Source: Bigelowiella natans CCMP2755 (taxonomy: Eukaryota > Protista > Cercozoa). Taken from it: a stretch of 39,624 nt of DNA. Position numbers and translations under genes: made by a program. Below, piece after piece: positions 1-10,599 of the stretch (position 1 is its first letter; each line of letters starts with the position of its first letter). The stretch is taken from contig ADNK01000338.1 of assembly GCA_000320545.1 (NCBI GenBank), positions 1-39,624 of the forward strand. Reading direction: 5' to 3'. The notes below the pieces were generated by a model that saw only the letters and a list, made by a program, of their open reading frames with translations, searched no databases and had not been told where the DNA came from.

Positions 1-18
1 AATAATATACTCATCCGC

Positions 19-62
<44 letters not shown>

Positions 63-177
63 GATATCCGCTGAGCCGTGAAGATGATGATGATTGATGA
101 TAACAAAGATTCTTTTCTTCTACCACCCACCCTCCCCCCCTCCTCCATTTCCTCCTCCTCCTCCTTCTATCTCTCAC

Positions 178-234
178 ATGTTGTGGAAGCTCATCCCCAG
201 GGGTATACTTCCCATCCTTCCGTTTCCTTGTTCC

Positions 235-278
<44 letters not shown>

Positions 279-2243
279 CAGAGAAGGAGGAAAGAGGAGG
301 AAGAGGGTTCATTAATCAATGAGACTTGAGTACTACTTCTTCTCAGAATACGACTGCAAATCATAACATCTGTTACTAAATGCAGTCTTAAGACAAAGCA
401 CGGCACACTCGAAAGTCCTTAAGAACAACTGTGAAACAACTAGGTTTCTGGTCAAACGCATCGCCGAGCCAAACGAACAAATGCTAGTTCGGCTCGCCAG
501 TGTCGGCAAACAGCAGCAATGACAACTATTCTCCCTCTTTTTCGCCCATTGTTTTTTTTGAAAAGGAAATCATCGGTAGTACTTGGCCTCGAAGAGAGAT
601 GCTACAGCCGCTTTCAGCTTCCATGCGCTTCTGCGCTACTCCTGAGATATTGTAGCATTACATTGATTGTAAGTCAGGGATTTCGCTTCTTAAACAGCTT
701 AGAAATCTCACAAAACAAGTGGACGGGTGGGGAGAGAGAGAGAAAGAGAAAGAGAAAGAGAGAAGGCAATTTTGAAATGCACACCGCGTGGCCCGATGAT
801 GACTCCTGGAAAGTTATAGTCTGGGTACTTGTCGTAGGGGATAAATATGCGCTTTTCAAGCGTCTTCTTGATCAGGCCGATACGCACCGTGTGAAGCACG
901 GGTAATCTGGATTCGGGGGAGGGTGGTGTGGGGTCGGAGGGAAGTGATTATTAGGATTATATATTCGCGTCGAGATGAGGCGCGGGGGAACTCAATATAG
1001 CTCAAATGGAAAAAAAGGAAGGACAGCAGGACATATTCTCTCTCAGGAAATAATTACCTAAATATTGTATGCTTCAGAAGCTCTTCCATTATCTCGACAC
1101 GTTTCGCTTCGACTTCATCCTCAAACCGCTTGACGATTTGCGAGTGGCCGTAAAAGGAGAGGGGGGGCGGGGGGGTAAGCAGCAATGATATCGCAGTTAT
1201 CAGTTCATTATGATCAGCACGTGGAACATGAGGAAGGAGGGCATAAGATGTATTATTGAAACAGCCTAAGATTTCTTCCCCCGTTTCTCCTCCCTCACCT
1301 GCTTTCGAGTATTTAAACGCGTCCCTGCTTCATTGTATACGGGTGGTGGGGAGGGGGACCGCTCTTCAAGAGGCTTCTCTTTGAAACCCTCCTCCTTTTT
1401 CTTGTTGACCTCCCTGAAATAATGCAAGAGAGCAAGGAGAGAGAGAGAGAGAGAGATGGCATCTGAGCTGGAGTTCTGGCAACTGCTTTTTGGGAAGGGG
1501 GGGGACCACAGCCTATTTAATTTACCTGAGCTGTTCTCTCAGGCTCTCCAAATTCAGACTTCGATTCACTTGCGGGGCCTGCATCTTCGTCATGCTTATT
1601 CTGAGCAGGATGCAACAATAGCATTTAGTTTGGCGACGGTAAACAGAGGATATCGCTATCATAGTTTACCCAGGCGCTGCTGACATTTGGAGGCCTAGCA
1701 TCAGATTTCGTGTTGTATTCTGAAGTCCCATGGCGTTCACACCCCCCTGCAGGAAACATATCATTATTTTGAGATGCAAGAATAAGTCAGGTACGGGTAG
1801 GAAAGGGGGTCATGAACAGGGAACTGTTTAATGACCGGGAGTCCTGGAATAGTTGCAGGAATTGAAGGAGCTAGCTGTGAGGCAGCTGCGCCTGCACCGG
1901 GTTTATCCCATTTTGACTCACGCTTCTGCAAAGTTACGCATCGCGGGAAAATGGTAAGCGCGATCGTTTATCCGGAAACAAATGGCTTGCGCTATTTGCG
2001 ATGTGATTATGGTGTCTATATACCCTCACAAATTATGTACATTTTGTCGGTTTTGTTTCATAACGGAGCCGCTCTCTGCACTCGGTGCTTATGAGAATAC
2101 TCTCAACTGTGCGCGGAGCCCTTCCCAATATTCCGAAATAGTCGCAGCCTACTCACGTTCGTAAGTAGCTCGAAACGATGCATCATACCTTCTTCCGCTT
2201 TCTCTCCTTTGACCGAGAACGGCTCCGCTTCTTATCCTTCTCC
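178..2243 (-). CDS. SF1: Splicing factor 1 / branchpoint-binding protein (STAR-type KH), multi-exon, partial. The 3' end continues off the left edge; the most 5' exons (to about 2.8-2.9 kb) are not resolved.
   Basis: Minus-strand exons splice in frame: 2243-2189 (EKDKKRSRSRSKERKRKK), from 1925 (KRESKW, U2AF-ligand-like motif), 1413-1299 (RSPSPPPVYNEAGTRLNTRKQ), 1128-1058 (RFEDEVEAKRVEIMEELL), 906-785 (KRIFIPYDKYPDYNFPGVIIGPRG), 641-583 (VAQKRMEAESGCSISLRGQ), 234-178 (GTRKRKDGKYTPGDELPQH). This matches the SF1 RSPSP helix-hairpin plus KH GPRG architecture. Confidence 0.92.
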
Positions 2244-2829
2244 CTGATTAAGTTTCGGAAAACACAAATTTCACACTGGCACTAATCCGTGCAGCCGCCG
2301 ACGAACAGCCGCTCATGAGAAGAAGGGAAATGCACGACATTTTGAAAATACTATTTCAATAATAAGAAAAATAGGTGGCAAACACGCCACATTGGCAACG
2401 CAATGAAATGCTAGCCGAAGTGCATTGCGGGCGGCGTGCAAGCTCGGGCGGCGAAGCGACCCCATTCGGAATTTCTCAGGCTTATCAAAATCATCGGTCT
2501 CATGTAGTAAACCCTAATAGCCTGCTGTTTGTAGATATTTCCCCCATTTTTCCCTGTCTCATTTCTAAATTAGAACAGATCATCTTCCCTTTCGACGTCA
2601 CGTCTCTGCTTCTCGCCTGTCGGCGCAACTAAAATATTTCTTACGACTTCGATAAATCTTTGTCGTAAGTAGAAATCAAATTGCTTCTCTCATATCGAAC
2701 TTATCCAGAGTGGCTCCGACCTGGACGACAGATCTGCATACCCGATATTTTATTCTTCGCGAACCAAAAAAATCGCTCCTTCCGAGATTGCCGATTGTCG
2801 TCATCGTCATCCCCTCCAGGAATTTTCCC

Positions 2830-3026
2830 AGAACGCGGCACGCTTAAAATATGCTTGACAATTTTGAAGCGACAATGTAAAATATGCTCATTTAACAATA
2901 AATGCACGTCATTAAGATATTTGAATCACGTTTTTGGTTCTACATTAGACTGACCTCGACACCAACCTCGGTCAACCTTCATCCCCCCCCCCCACATTCC
3001 GAGATCTTATTCAGGAAGAAGGAACA
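2830..3026. promoter_or_regulatory. Putative compact bidirectional promoter between SF1 (-) and tepsin (+)
   Basis: Inferred only from head-to-head geometry; the SF1 start codon is not pinned down. Confidence 0.35.
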
Positions 3027-5889
3027 ATGGCATCCTCTCGATCGCTACTGTTCAAAGCGACATCGGATGATTCCTCTCCCGTGGACGGAGTGGTACTGCG
3101 GCAGCTTGTGCAGAATACAAGCCTGGGGACAGAGGAGTGCCAAATTATGCGGCAGCTCCTCGATAAGCGAATCAACAAAACTTCCGCAAACATAAAGTAC
3201 AAGGCCCTTCGCACCGTCTCATATCTTTCCGAAAACGGTAAGAATTTGTAACCGAATGGGGTGTTGAAGTTATTAAGTCTCCGAAGTGCGCAACATTCGG
3301 AAATCCTTGCCACATGAAACACTTTGGTCTTTTGATTTTCTCGCAACAAAAACCCTTGTTATGAAATTTCAATTGCGTAATCAGCGCACATTTTCGCGTG
3401 ATTTGTTGAGATAAATGGTGTGACATATATGCCTCATCGCCTTGTATTTCCTTCTTAATTTCTTTTCCACTCGAATACCCTCATGTACACCCGCATTACG
3501 GTGCATCTATAAAATTATAATATGGCTGAGTCGATAAATAAGAGAATGAGGAAATTTATCAGGGAATCTTTGAGTAACTACAATATAGTATCTTCACTCT
3601 GTTTGTCCTCCCTCTAGGCGCCGTGGAGTTTCGTATGCAATGGCAGCGCGACAACAATATCCTGCGTGAGCACACATCGTACAAGGGAACTCCCGACCCC
3701 CTCACCGGCGATGCAACGAACATCAAAGTGCGCGAGGAGGCAAAACGGGCTATGAAGGCCATATTCAGTACTATTCTTTTGATACTCACACGCAAAACAT
3801 GAGATATGACGAATCGTTCAGTCGCCGCCCTAGTACGCGGAACCGTTGACGATGTTTTACGTGCTTGCAGGCACAGGGACATCGAAATCTTCATCTAGCT
3901 ACTCAAGCAAGATGGAGGGCTATGGATCATCTGCGGCTCCTTCGTCGTCAAGTGGGGATGGTGGTAGTAGTTATGGCGGCTTTGGCTCTTCCTCATCTTC
4001 CGGCGCCTTTGCATCTGTCGCCTCTTTCGCATCCAGGTAGCGTGTCTAAGTTTTGGCGAATATTAATAGCCCAGATTCCCATCTCTGCAGTTGAAAACTA
4101 TTGCTTGGTGCTGTTTGGAAATTGACTTCAAGAATGACGACAAGGAAAAGCAAAATAACCATGTTTATGATCTGAGACCTGCTCGCAAAGTTCTTTTAGA
4201 ATCATTAATTTGACACTTCTTTTGATTCTCACAGCTATATCGGCGGGTCATCAGAACCTACGAGTGTAGCACCGAGTGCGCCCGGGAACAAATACGGGGG
4301 CATTGGAAGCGATGGAACCTACCGCCCGGGAAAGTCGTCGGGCCTCTTCGCCGAAACGAGCAAGCCATTTGAGAGCGTCTCCGGAGGGGGGGGCAGGTTG
4401 GACTATCATCATCATCAATCATTACCATTGTCATCATTGTCAGCATCATCTTCATCGTTATTAACAACACGAACAACAATAGCCCTGTTCCTCCTCCTAG
4501 TCCTTCTCATACTCACCACACTTACGTCATGTGTCATCATTGTGACACGACGAATGCCCTGATTGACGCCTCCGCTATTCCACCACGCACCGACCTGTAG
4601 GAAGGACAGCGTGTGGACAGTCGTCGTAAAGAATGGCGTCAACGTTCGGAGCAGGCCCAGCATCGCAGGCGAGAAGACGGGGCGAAACCTACAACAGTAC
4701 GAAAACGTTGTGATGATTGACCAAGTGCTTGGCCACGAGCACTGGATTAAGCATTCAAGAGGGTGGTCATGTGCTAGAACAGCAGATAAGGTATATGATG
4801 ATGATGATGATGATGATGATGATGCTGGTGTATGGTAGTAGCAGTGATAGTTATTGTCATAATGATACGACGAAGAAACGCACTGGTTGCTTGAAGGACG
4901 AGATGGGGGGGGGGGGGGGGGGCGGAGAGTGCAGCTGCAAAATATCCAATGAGAAAAATGGGAGTTATACGTTAGAATCCTCATGATACACTCTACACCA
5001 TTAATGCTCTCCCTTCTTCTTCTTCTTTTTTTTTCGCTTTCCTGTTTGCTAACATATATCCTATCCGGTTACGACCCACGCAATGAAACAACTAGGTGCT
5101 GATGCAGCCGCAAAGCGGAAGCTACACCGCTCCAGTTCGGGAGGACAACCAAGAAACGACGACTTTCAATAGTAGCACAAATAACAATAGCAGCAACAGC
5201 GCAAGTAGCAGCAATAATCCCTACCCGGATATGAAGAATCCGTACGCAGCTGGTGGGCACAATATTGCCAACAACCCATATCCGAATAGCGCCGCGATCA
5301 CGATGCCACAGGCCGCCGCGTCGTCTTCGTCTTCCAGCGACTCTTCCGGGTACCGTGGCTGGTTCAATATAGTATGGTGTTTTTTGGGGGGGAGGAGGGG
5401 GGGGGGGGTTCTCCGTATGTTCTTTGTGCTGGTGAATTTTCATTTCGGTTAACGTCTCACCGTTGTTACTCTCTCCGCCGTAGATACGAAACGCGGTTGG
5501 TGGCCGACATCTGCAAGCCAACGGGCATTAAGATGATGCCGCGCCGCGAAGAAATGAAGTCCTTCATGTCGCGATGCGTGAATCTGGACAAAACCCAGCT
5601 GTGCCACCTCCTCGACCAGCAGCTTCGGAGCACAGCCCTCAAGTCGCAGGGGAAGGCGTTGCACGTGATCGCCGCGATGTTCCTCAAGTTCCGCGGCCCT
5701 GTCGCGCAGTACTTCACGCAGCACCCGAACAACATCACAGCGCTGGCATCTGCGGTTACGCCATCGGTCCGATCGAAAGCTACACAGGTCATGGCTGCGA
5801 TAGGGCTTCTCACACAGCCACAACAACAGCAACAACAGCAACAACAACAACAACAACAACAACAGCAGCAAGCTGTCGTGGTACAGCAA

Positions 5890-5924
<35 letters not shown>

Positions 5925-7164
5925 ACCGGCACAGCCTGTGAATCTCTTTGAAGTTGAAGAAACAGCGACGACAACGGCCTCAGGACCAGCTGCTGCGACT
6001 AGTGGACTCCAGAGTATATTTGGGGGGGGGGGCAATGACCCTAGCGGGGGTGGAAGCACGGGCGGCGAAGAGTCCTCTGCATTAGCATTTTTAGGTGAAG
6101 AAGGGGGGGGGGCGGCGGAAGGTAAAACGACGGCTGCTGCCAATGGAGAGTCATCTTCCTCCTCGGCATTTGGATTTCTGGAGGGAGATGGTGGGGCCGG
6201 TGATAGCAAGGAGGGGGGGGAAGGAAAGGGAGACGACCAGCCATCTGCCTTTGATTTTATGGGAGGAGGAGGAGGAGAAAACGGCAGCACAACAGAGAAT
6301 AAGTCTAGTAGCACAGGGCTCACCGGGGCAATGGCCAACTTGACGGTGGAGGAAACAGATTCGACGGGGGGGGGGGGCTAGCAAGAACTTGATGCCGTGG
6401 AGTCGCTTCTAATGGGCTCAACGAGACAGATGCCAGCCACCGCACAACAGTAATATCATAAAGATGATAATAGTGATGATGATGATGATGATGATGATGA
6501 TTATGATGGTGACGACTGCGATTGATGTCATGAGGGAAAAAGGAAGAAGGAAATATGTCTGTGGTGGAGATGTGTATGATCCGTGCTTCAACGATAGAAA
6601 GTAGTTCATCGTATCCTCACATCATTTTCTATCACCGCCATTTACAACACCATTTACAACACCACTTACATCCACATATTATCGACCCGGCCGTTTACCC
6701 ACATCCTCAGATATGCACAGCAGCATGGAGGCTACTATACTCAGCAGCAGCAGCAGCAACAACAGCAGTACTACGGACAGCACCAAGCAGCTGCTTACTC
6801 ACAGCAGCAAAGATACTACAACCAGCAGCAGGCCTATGGAGGAATGGGCGGCGGCGTGTCAGGCCAATCGATTAACGTCAACCCCACCGGCAATGACCTA
6901 AACTTCTTCATGGGAGGGGGGCAGCAGCCGCAGCAGCAACAAAAGCAACAAACGAATATCAACGTTGATATGTTCACATCTACTGGAAATGGAGGGGGGA
7001 AGGCCATGCCCTCCATCGTTTCAGATAGCGGCAGGTTCTCGCCTGACCTGCTCTCGAGGCAATCATCGGCTGGGTCAGTGGGAGGAAGCAAGAAGAAGGG
7101 AAAGAAGAAGAAGGAGGAGGCCGCCGCCGACGACTTTTCTTTTGTCGGAGATCTCATGAAATAG
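3027..7164 (+). CDS. TEPSIN: Tepsin (AP-4 accessory protein: ENTH + SH3b-like insert + VHS/ENTH-like domain + disordered tail)
   Basis: Phase-consistent exons 3027-3237, 3618-3767, 3871-4036, 4235-4396, 4601-4790, 5096-5349, 5484-6345, 6382-6449, 6711-7164. N-terminal ATSDD...KYKALRTVSYL...GTPDPLTGDATNIKVREEA matches the tepsin ENTH domain; YETRLVADICKP...REEMKSFMSRC...KALHVIAAM matches the second tepsin domain. Ends DDFSFVGDLMK-TAG. The 6345/6382 junction is less certain. Confidence 0.9.
5818..5922 (+). repeat. Coding (CAA/CAG)n repeats encoding two polyQ tracts in tepsin
   Basis: Directly visible CAACAACAG and CAGCAG arrays in the coding frame. Confidence 0.95.
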
Positions 7165-7249
7165 AAGTAGGAAGAGGGCACTGCAGCAGCCGCTAGGTGT
7201 AAGTCCGGTGAAGAAGATATTAGACAAATAAAGGAGGACAAACTAAACT

Positions 7250-8400
7250 ATCGCTCAGCGCTATATTTTGCTATTTATCGTCAAATTACGTATTGTAATT
7301 CATGGTGAACTACGCATCATAACGGTCAATATTCATCACAGAATCAGAAGTTCATCGATAGGTTCTTCTACTAGCTAATCTATGTATAATAAACTGGGTT
7401 ATATGAATGAAACGCAGGGCTTAGGATATATGAGCAAATCGCTCAGTATGCATGCATTTAGATGCATATATCGATTTGCAGTCGGAGTACGTTGGCTAGT
7501 TGGCCTTGCTGGCGGTGATCGATGAATCGTTGGCCACAATGCCGTAATGCATGTAGTTTAAAGATTTATATTCAAAATTGTGAAGCACGCATTGCTAGAT
7601 TGTCTAGACTATATACTTGTATATCTTATTCTAGCTAGCTAGTCCTGCTGATCGATATGTTCGGTAGCTTGCAGTATCGTTCTTTTGAATGGGCGGCGTA
7701 CGTAAATTTATAAATTATATTACTGCCACAAAAAACAAAGCATCGATCGTCGCAAGCAAACCGCCACTTACCTAGCTATGTGTGTCTAGGTGTAGCTACA
7801 TCTAACATGAGGTTTTATGACTTAATATATGAATTCCAATCACTGATTGCCATAGAAACAACATAACAACGCGACGTGTGTCGCGCAGTGCGTGCGTTGC
7901 AGCTAATGCAGGCGGAAAATATATAGCCATTATTATAAGGCTGCTGTTGAAATAACGTTGTACAAAACTAATATTAATTAATCGCATTTATCTAGTAGCC
8001 GTAGAACTAGAGAATTGCATAGCTGCATTAATACTTAATTCATATTAAGGACAACGATTGAATAATTTCAAAGTATTCTTACATCCGTCTCATAGACGGC
8101 TCGCACGTGCGCGTGCGTGCTGCATCGGGACACATAGAACAGAGTACTAGAGTAAATAATGCGCCAACTTCAACATCAGTATGGAACATATTTAGTTCCA
8201 TATGTTTCATTCGTCACTACTAGTGAACTAAAAATCGAAAGAGGCCACTTTGTGTTGAGAATGCCAATTTAAGTTTCATTTTTTGTTTATCTCGTTACAT
8301 TCATTGATATATCATTCGTAGGCAATCTATATAAATCACGATAGCCAAGGCATGCAGCTGGGGCGGAGGAGGTTACTATACTCTATCCAAATAAGTAGCA
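7250..8400. other. Palindrome-rich tail-to-tail spacer 1 (tepsin / CN hydrolase)
   Basis: About 13 CTAG by manual count, CTAGCTAGCTAG at 7631-7642, ATCGATCGTCG at 7742-7752, no CC from 7207 to 7503, no microsatellite arrays, no credible ORF. Confidence 0.75.
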
Positions 8401-8494
8401 CAGCGTGTGATGGCGATGATGTTCGAAATTCCGTACGTGGTTTGTATCCGGTACCACCAATAGACACAATTACTTCGATGTTAACGCATGACTA

Positions 8495-9355
8495 CTATGC
8501 CAGCTCCAAGTGCCTTACGGATGCATTTCCTTGATATCCAATCTCCTGAAGCCCGTCTATTGTAATCTCTTGGAACGAGCTCGTCCCATTTCTCATGAAA
8601 ACCTCAGAGCTCCCTAGCGTCGAGACTAGCATTGAAACATTGAATTTTTTTGCCAAGTGCCCTCCAGTCAACCTCGCGATTGAAGGCACTCCTCCGACTG
8701 ACCATAACAGCGTCGTTGCACCTTGATCAATTAAGGAGTCAAATTGAGAATAGTCTCCAGTAATTGTTGGGTAAACCCCCTCGTAGCAAATAGCAACACC
8801 CCAGCGCCTTCCAAGGAGGGAAAAGGTCGAGGGGGCAAAGGGCCCGGATTTAAAGAATAGCATCTCGCTTGGGAAGAGGTGATGTTTGTGGTAGATAGAA
8901 ACTGCCCGGCCTTTTGAGTCAAATACAATTTCTGTGATACGACGAGATTTGTTTGCAAATTGGACGAAGATGTTTGTCGCGATTGCAATTTGGTTCTCCC
9001 TAGCGGCGCAGCTTAGTGCGGTCTGCTGCGGCGCGGTCACGTTTGGAGAGAGGCAAGGGTTGAATCCAATGGAAGAAATCAAAGGCTCGTAGTAAGTAGA
9101 CCATGAAGGCATTCCAGCAAGGCCATATCCCTCTGGTAGGAGCAGAATATCAGCTTTTGCGTCGGAGGAAGCAACAGAAGCTGCCTGAGTGTAGACTTTG
9201 AGGTTGCACTTGATGAGCTCCAAATTATCACTAGAACGACAAGCAGATTCACGCGACCAAGCACTAGAATCGTGTCCAGAGAGCACGGAAACATGGACCG
9301 CGAAGGAAAGAGGGGTGGTAATGGCGATAAGTGCAAGGGGGAGGGCAGCCGACAT
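8495..9355 (-). CDS. Secreted carbon-nitrogen hydrolase (nitrilase superfamily, vanin/biotinidase-like), intronless, 286 aa
   Basis: Uninterrupted ORF with a hydrophobic N-terminus (MSAALPLALIAITTPLSFA). Glu-Lys-Cys triad motifs: ADILLLPEG, YHKHHLF, GVAICYEG. Confidence 0.9.
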   Translation of the reverse strand: MSAALPLALIAITTPLSFAVHVSVLSGHDSSAWSRESACRSSDNLELIKCNLKVYTQAASVASSDAKADILLLPEGYGLAGMPSWSTYYEPLISSIGFNPCLSPNVTAPQQTALSCAARENQIAIATNIFVQFANKSRRITEIVFDSKGRAVSIYHKHHLFPSEMLFFKSGPFAPSTFSLLGRRWGVAICYEGVYPTITGDYSQFDSLIDQGATTLLWSVGGVPSIARLTGGHLAKKFNVSMLVSTLGSSEVFMRNGTSSFQEITIDGLQEIGYQGNASVRHLELA

Positions 9356-9515
9356 GGTGTCCTGCAGTTCGTAACACAGTTGTCGTTGTTCTCCAGAGAA
9401 TCTCCGATGATTATTTGAAAAATATCCTCTATTTATTTTCTACGACAATAACAAATGTCTATAATTCTCTAGATTTCAGATTTTACAAGGAGCGACTATC
9501 CAGAACCCATCCGCG
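9356..9515. promoter_or_regulatory. 160-nt head-to-head spacer, putative shared promoter of the two hydrolases
   Basis: Start codons at 9355 (-) and 9516 (+); promoter function is inferred. Confidence 0.5.
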
Positions 9516-10586
9516 ATGGTGCTGCGTATAGCCCCGACCCTCTTCATGAGCTGGTTTCTCTTTTTTCCCAAGATGAGCTCTGCTGACTACCCTTCATGCG
9601 CCCCTGGACTAACGTGCTCGAAAATTACCCCCTCTAATCACCCCAATATGCACTTCGATTGTGCTTATGTTCAACCTGCAAACGCTCGTGCCTTGGTCTA
9701 TCACATGCACGGTAACGACGGGCCGCGGTCAAAGGGAATGTTCTTCGATCTGATGCTACAACTTTCTGAGGCCGGTTTTAGTAGCTTAGCTTGTGACCAG
9801 CGGGGGTACTCGCCAGAAGCCTCTCCCAACGAAATGCCGGAGTATTATTATGACAAGCTAGTAGGCGACATATTCTCCATCGTCAACGCCTCTGGGCTAA
9901 ACCAGGACCCGGAAGGTAAATTCCACCTTGTTGCTCACGATCAAGGTGCTCGCGTTGGCTGGCATGCAATTGGCCTTGGAGAAGGCCGGCGCCGGTTTCT
10001 CTCCTTCTCTTCACTTTCGATCCCTCATTCGGACGTTTTCTCTGATGCACTATACGGTCCGTCAGCGGATAGTGACCAGCAGGCAGCAGTTCAGTATGTT
10101 CGGATGTTCATCCTTCCGAACTCCACCACTGTATACAACGACGCTATACTGAATACTGTTTGCAAGTCGTTCAGCCATCTTGATCAACCTTCTTGCCAGA
10201 GATCGCTTTGGTGGTACAATGGTGCAATCGACTCGGGGGCAGAGGCGCTCGCCCCTCTGGGCCCATACGGATACGTCCCCAAGTTCATTGGAATTCCACC
10301 AGATGTCCTGGCAAACATGACACAATATCCTCTTGATGGGGTGCCTCAAACGGTGAAGGTTGGCTACGTAAAGGAATTTCCAGTTTTGTTTTCTTGCGGA
10401 GCAGGGGACGGCTCTGACTTGTGCAAACCAAAATTTGGGGACCAGAGTGGAAAGCTAATTGAAAAATTTAAATATCTCCGGATGGACGCCCCTTGCTCCC
10501 ACAACATCTTGAAGTGCCCTGATGCAGCCCAAGTTCAGCAGCTCCAAGATGCGATTGTTGCTAACATACAATCAGTTTATGAATAA
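9516..10586 (+). CDS. Secreted alpha/beta hydrolase (epoxide hydrolase / dehalogenase-like clan), intronless, 356 aa
   Basis: Uninterrupted ORF with a signal-peptide-like N-terminus. Motifs: HG oxyanion loop (YHMHGNDG), DQRGYS, nucleophile elbow FHLVAHDQGARVGW, SLSIPH, candidate acid (GAGD) and His (CSHN). Confidence 0.9.
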   Translation: MVLRIAPTLFMSWFLFFPKMSSADYPSCAPGLTCSKITPSNHPNMHFDCAYVQPANARALVYHMHGNDGPRSKGMFFDLMLQLSEAGFSSLACDQRGYSPEASPNEMPEYYYDKLVGDIFSIVNASGLNQDPEGKFHLVAHDQGARVGWHAIGLGEGRRRFLSFSSLSIPHSDVFSDALYGPSADSDQQAAVQYVRMFILPNSTTVYNDAILNTVCKSFSHLDQPSCQRSLWWYNGAIDSGAEALAPLGPYGYVPKFIGIPPDVLANMTQYPLDGVPQTVKVGYVKEFPVLFSCGAGDGSDLCKPKFGDQSGKLIEKFKYLRMDAPCSHNILKCPDAAQVQQLQDAIVANIQSVYE

Positions 10587-10599
10587 TAGGATGATTGAT

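Noticed and set aside
5466-6338. 290-aa minus-strand ORF with poly-Cys/Pro
   Set aside because: Antisense shadow of the Gln/Gly-rich tepsin exon; no independent motifs.
6379-6381. UAG reassignment as the explanation for the in-frame TAG
   Set aside because: TAG is the evident terminator of tepsin (7162-7164), the CN hydrolase (8495-8497) and MON2 (36944-36946), and no other conserved exon contains an in-frame TAG.
6638-6673. Three degenerate 12-nt tandem units (CCATTTACAACA) in a tepsin intron
   Set aside because: Short local slippage repeat with no spacers; not CRISPR-like and not seen elsewhere.
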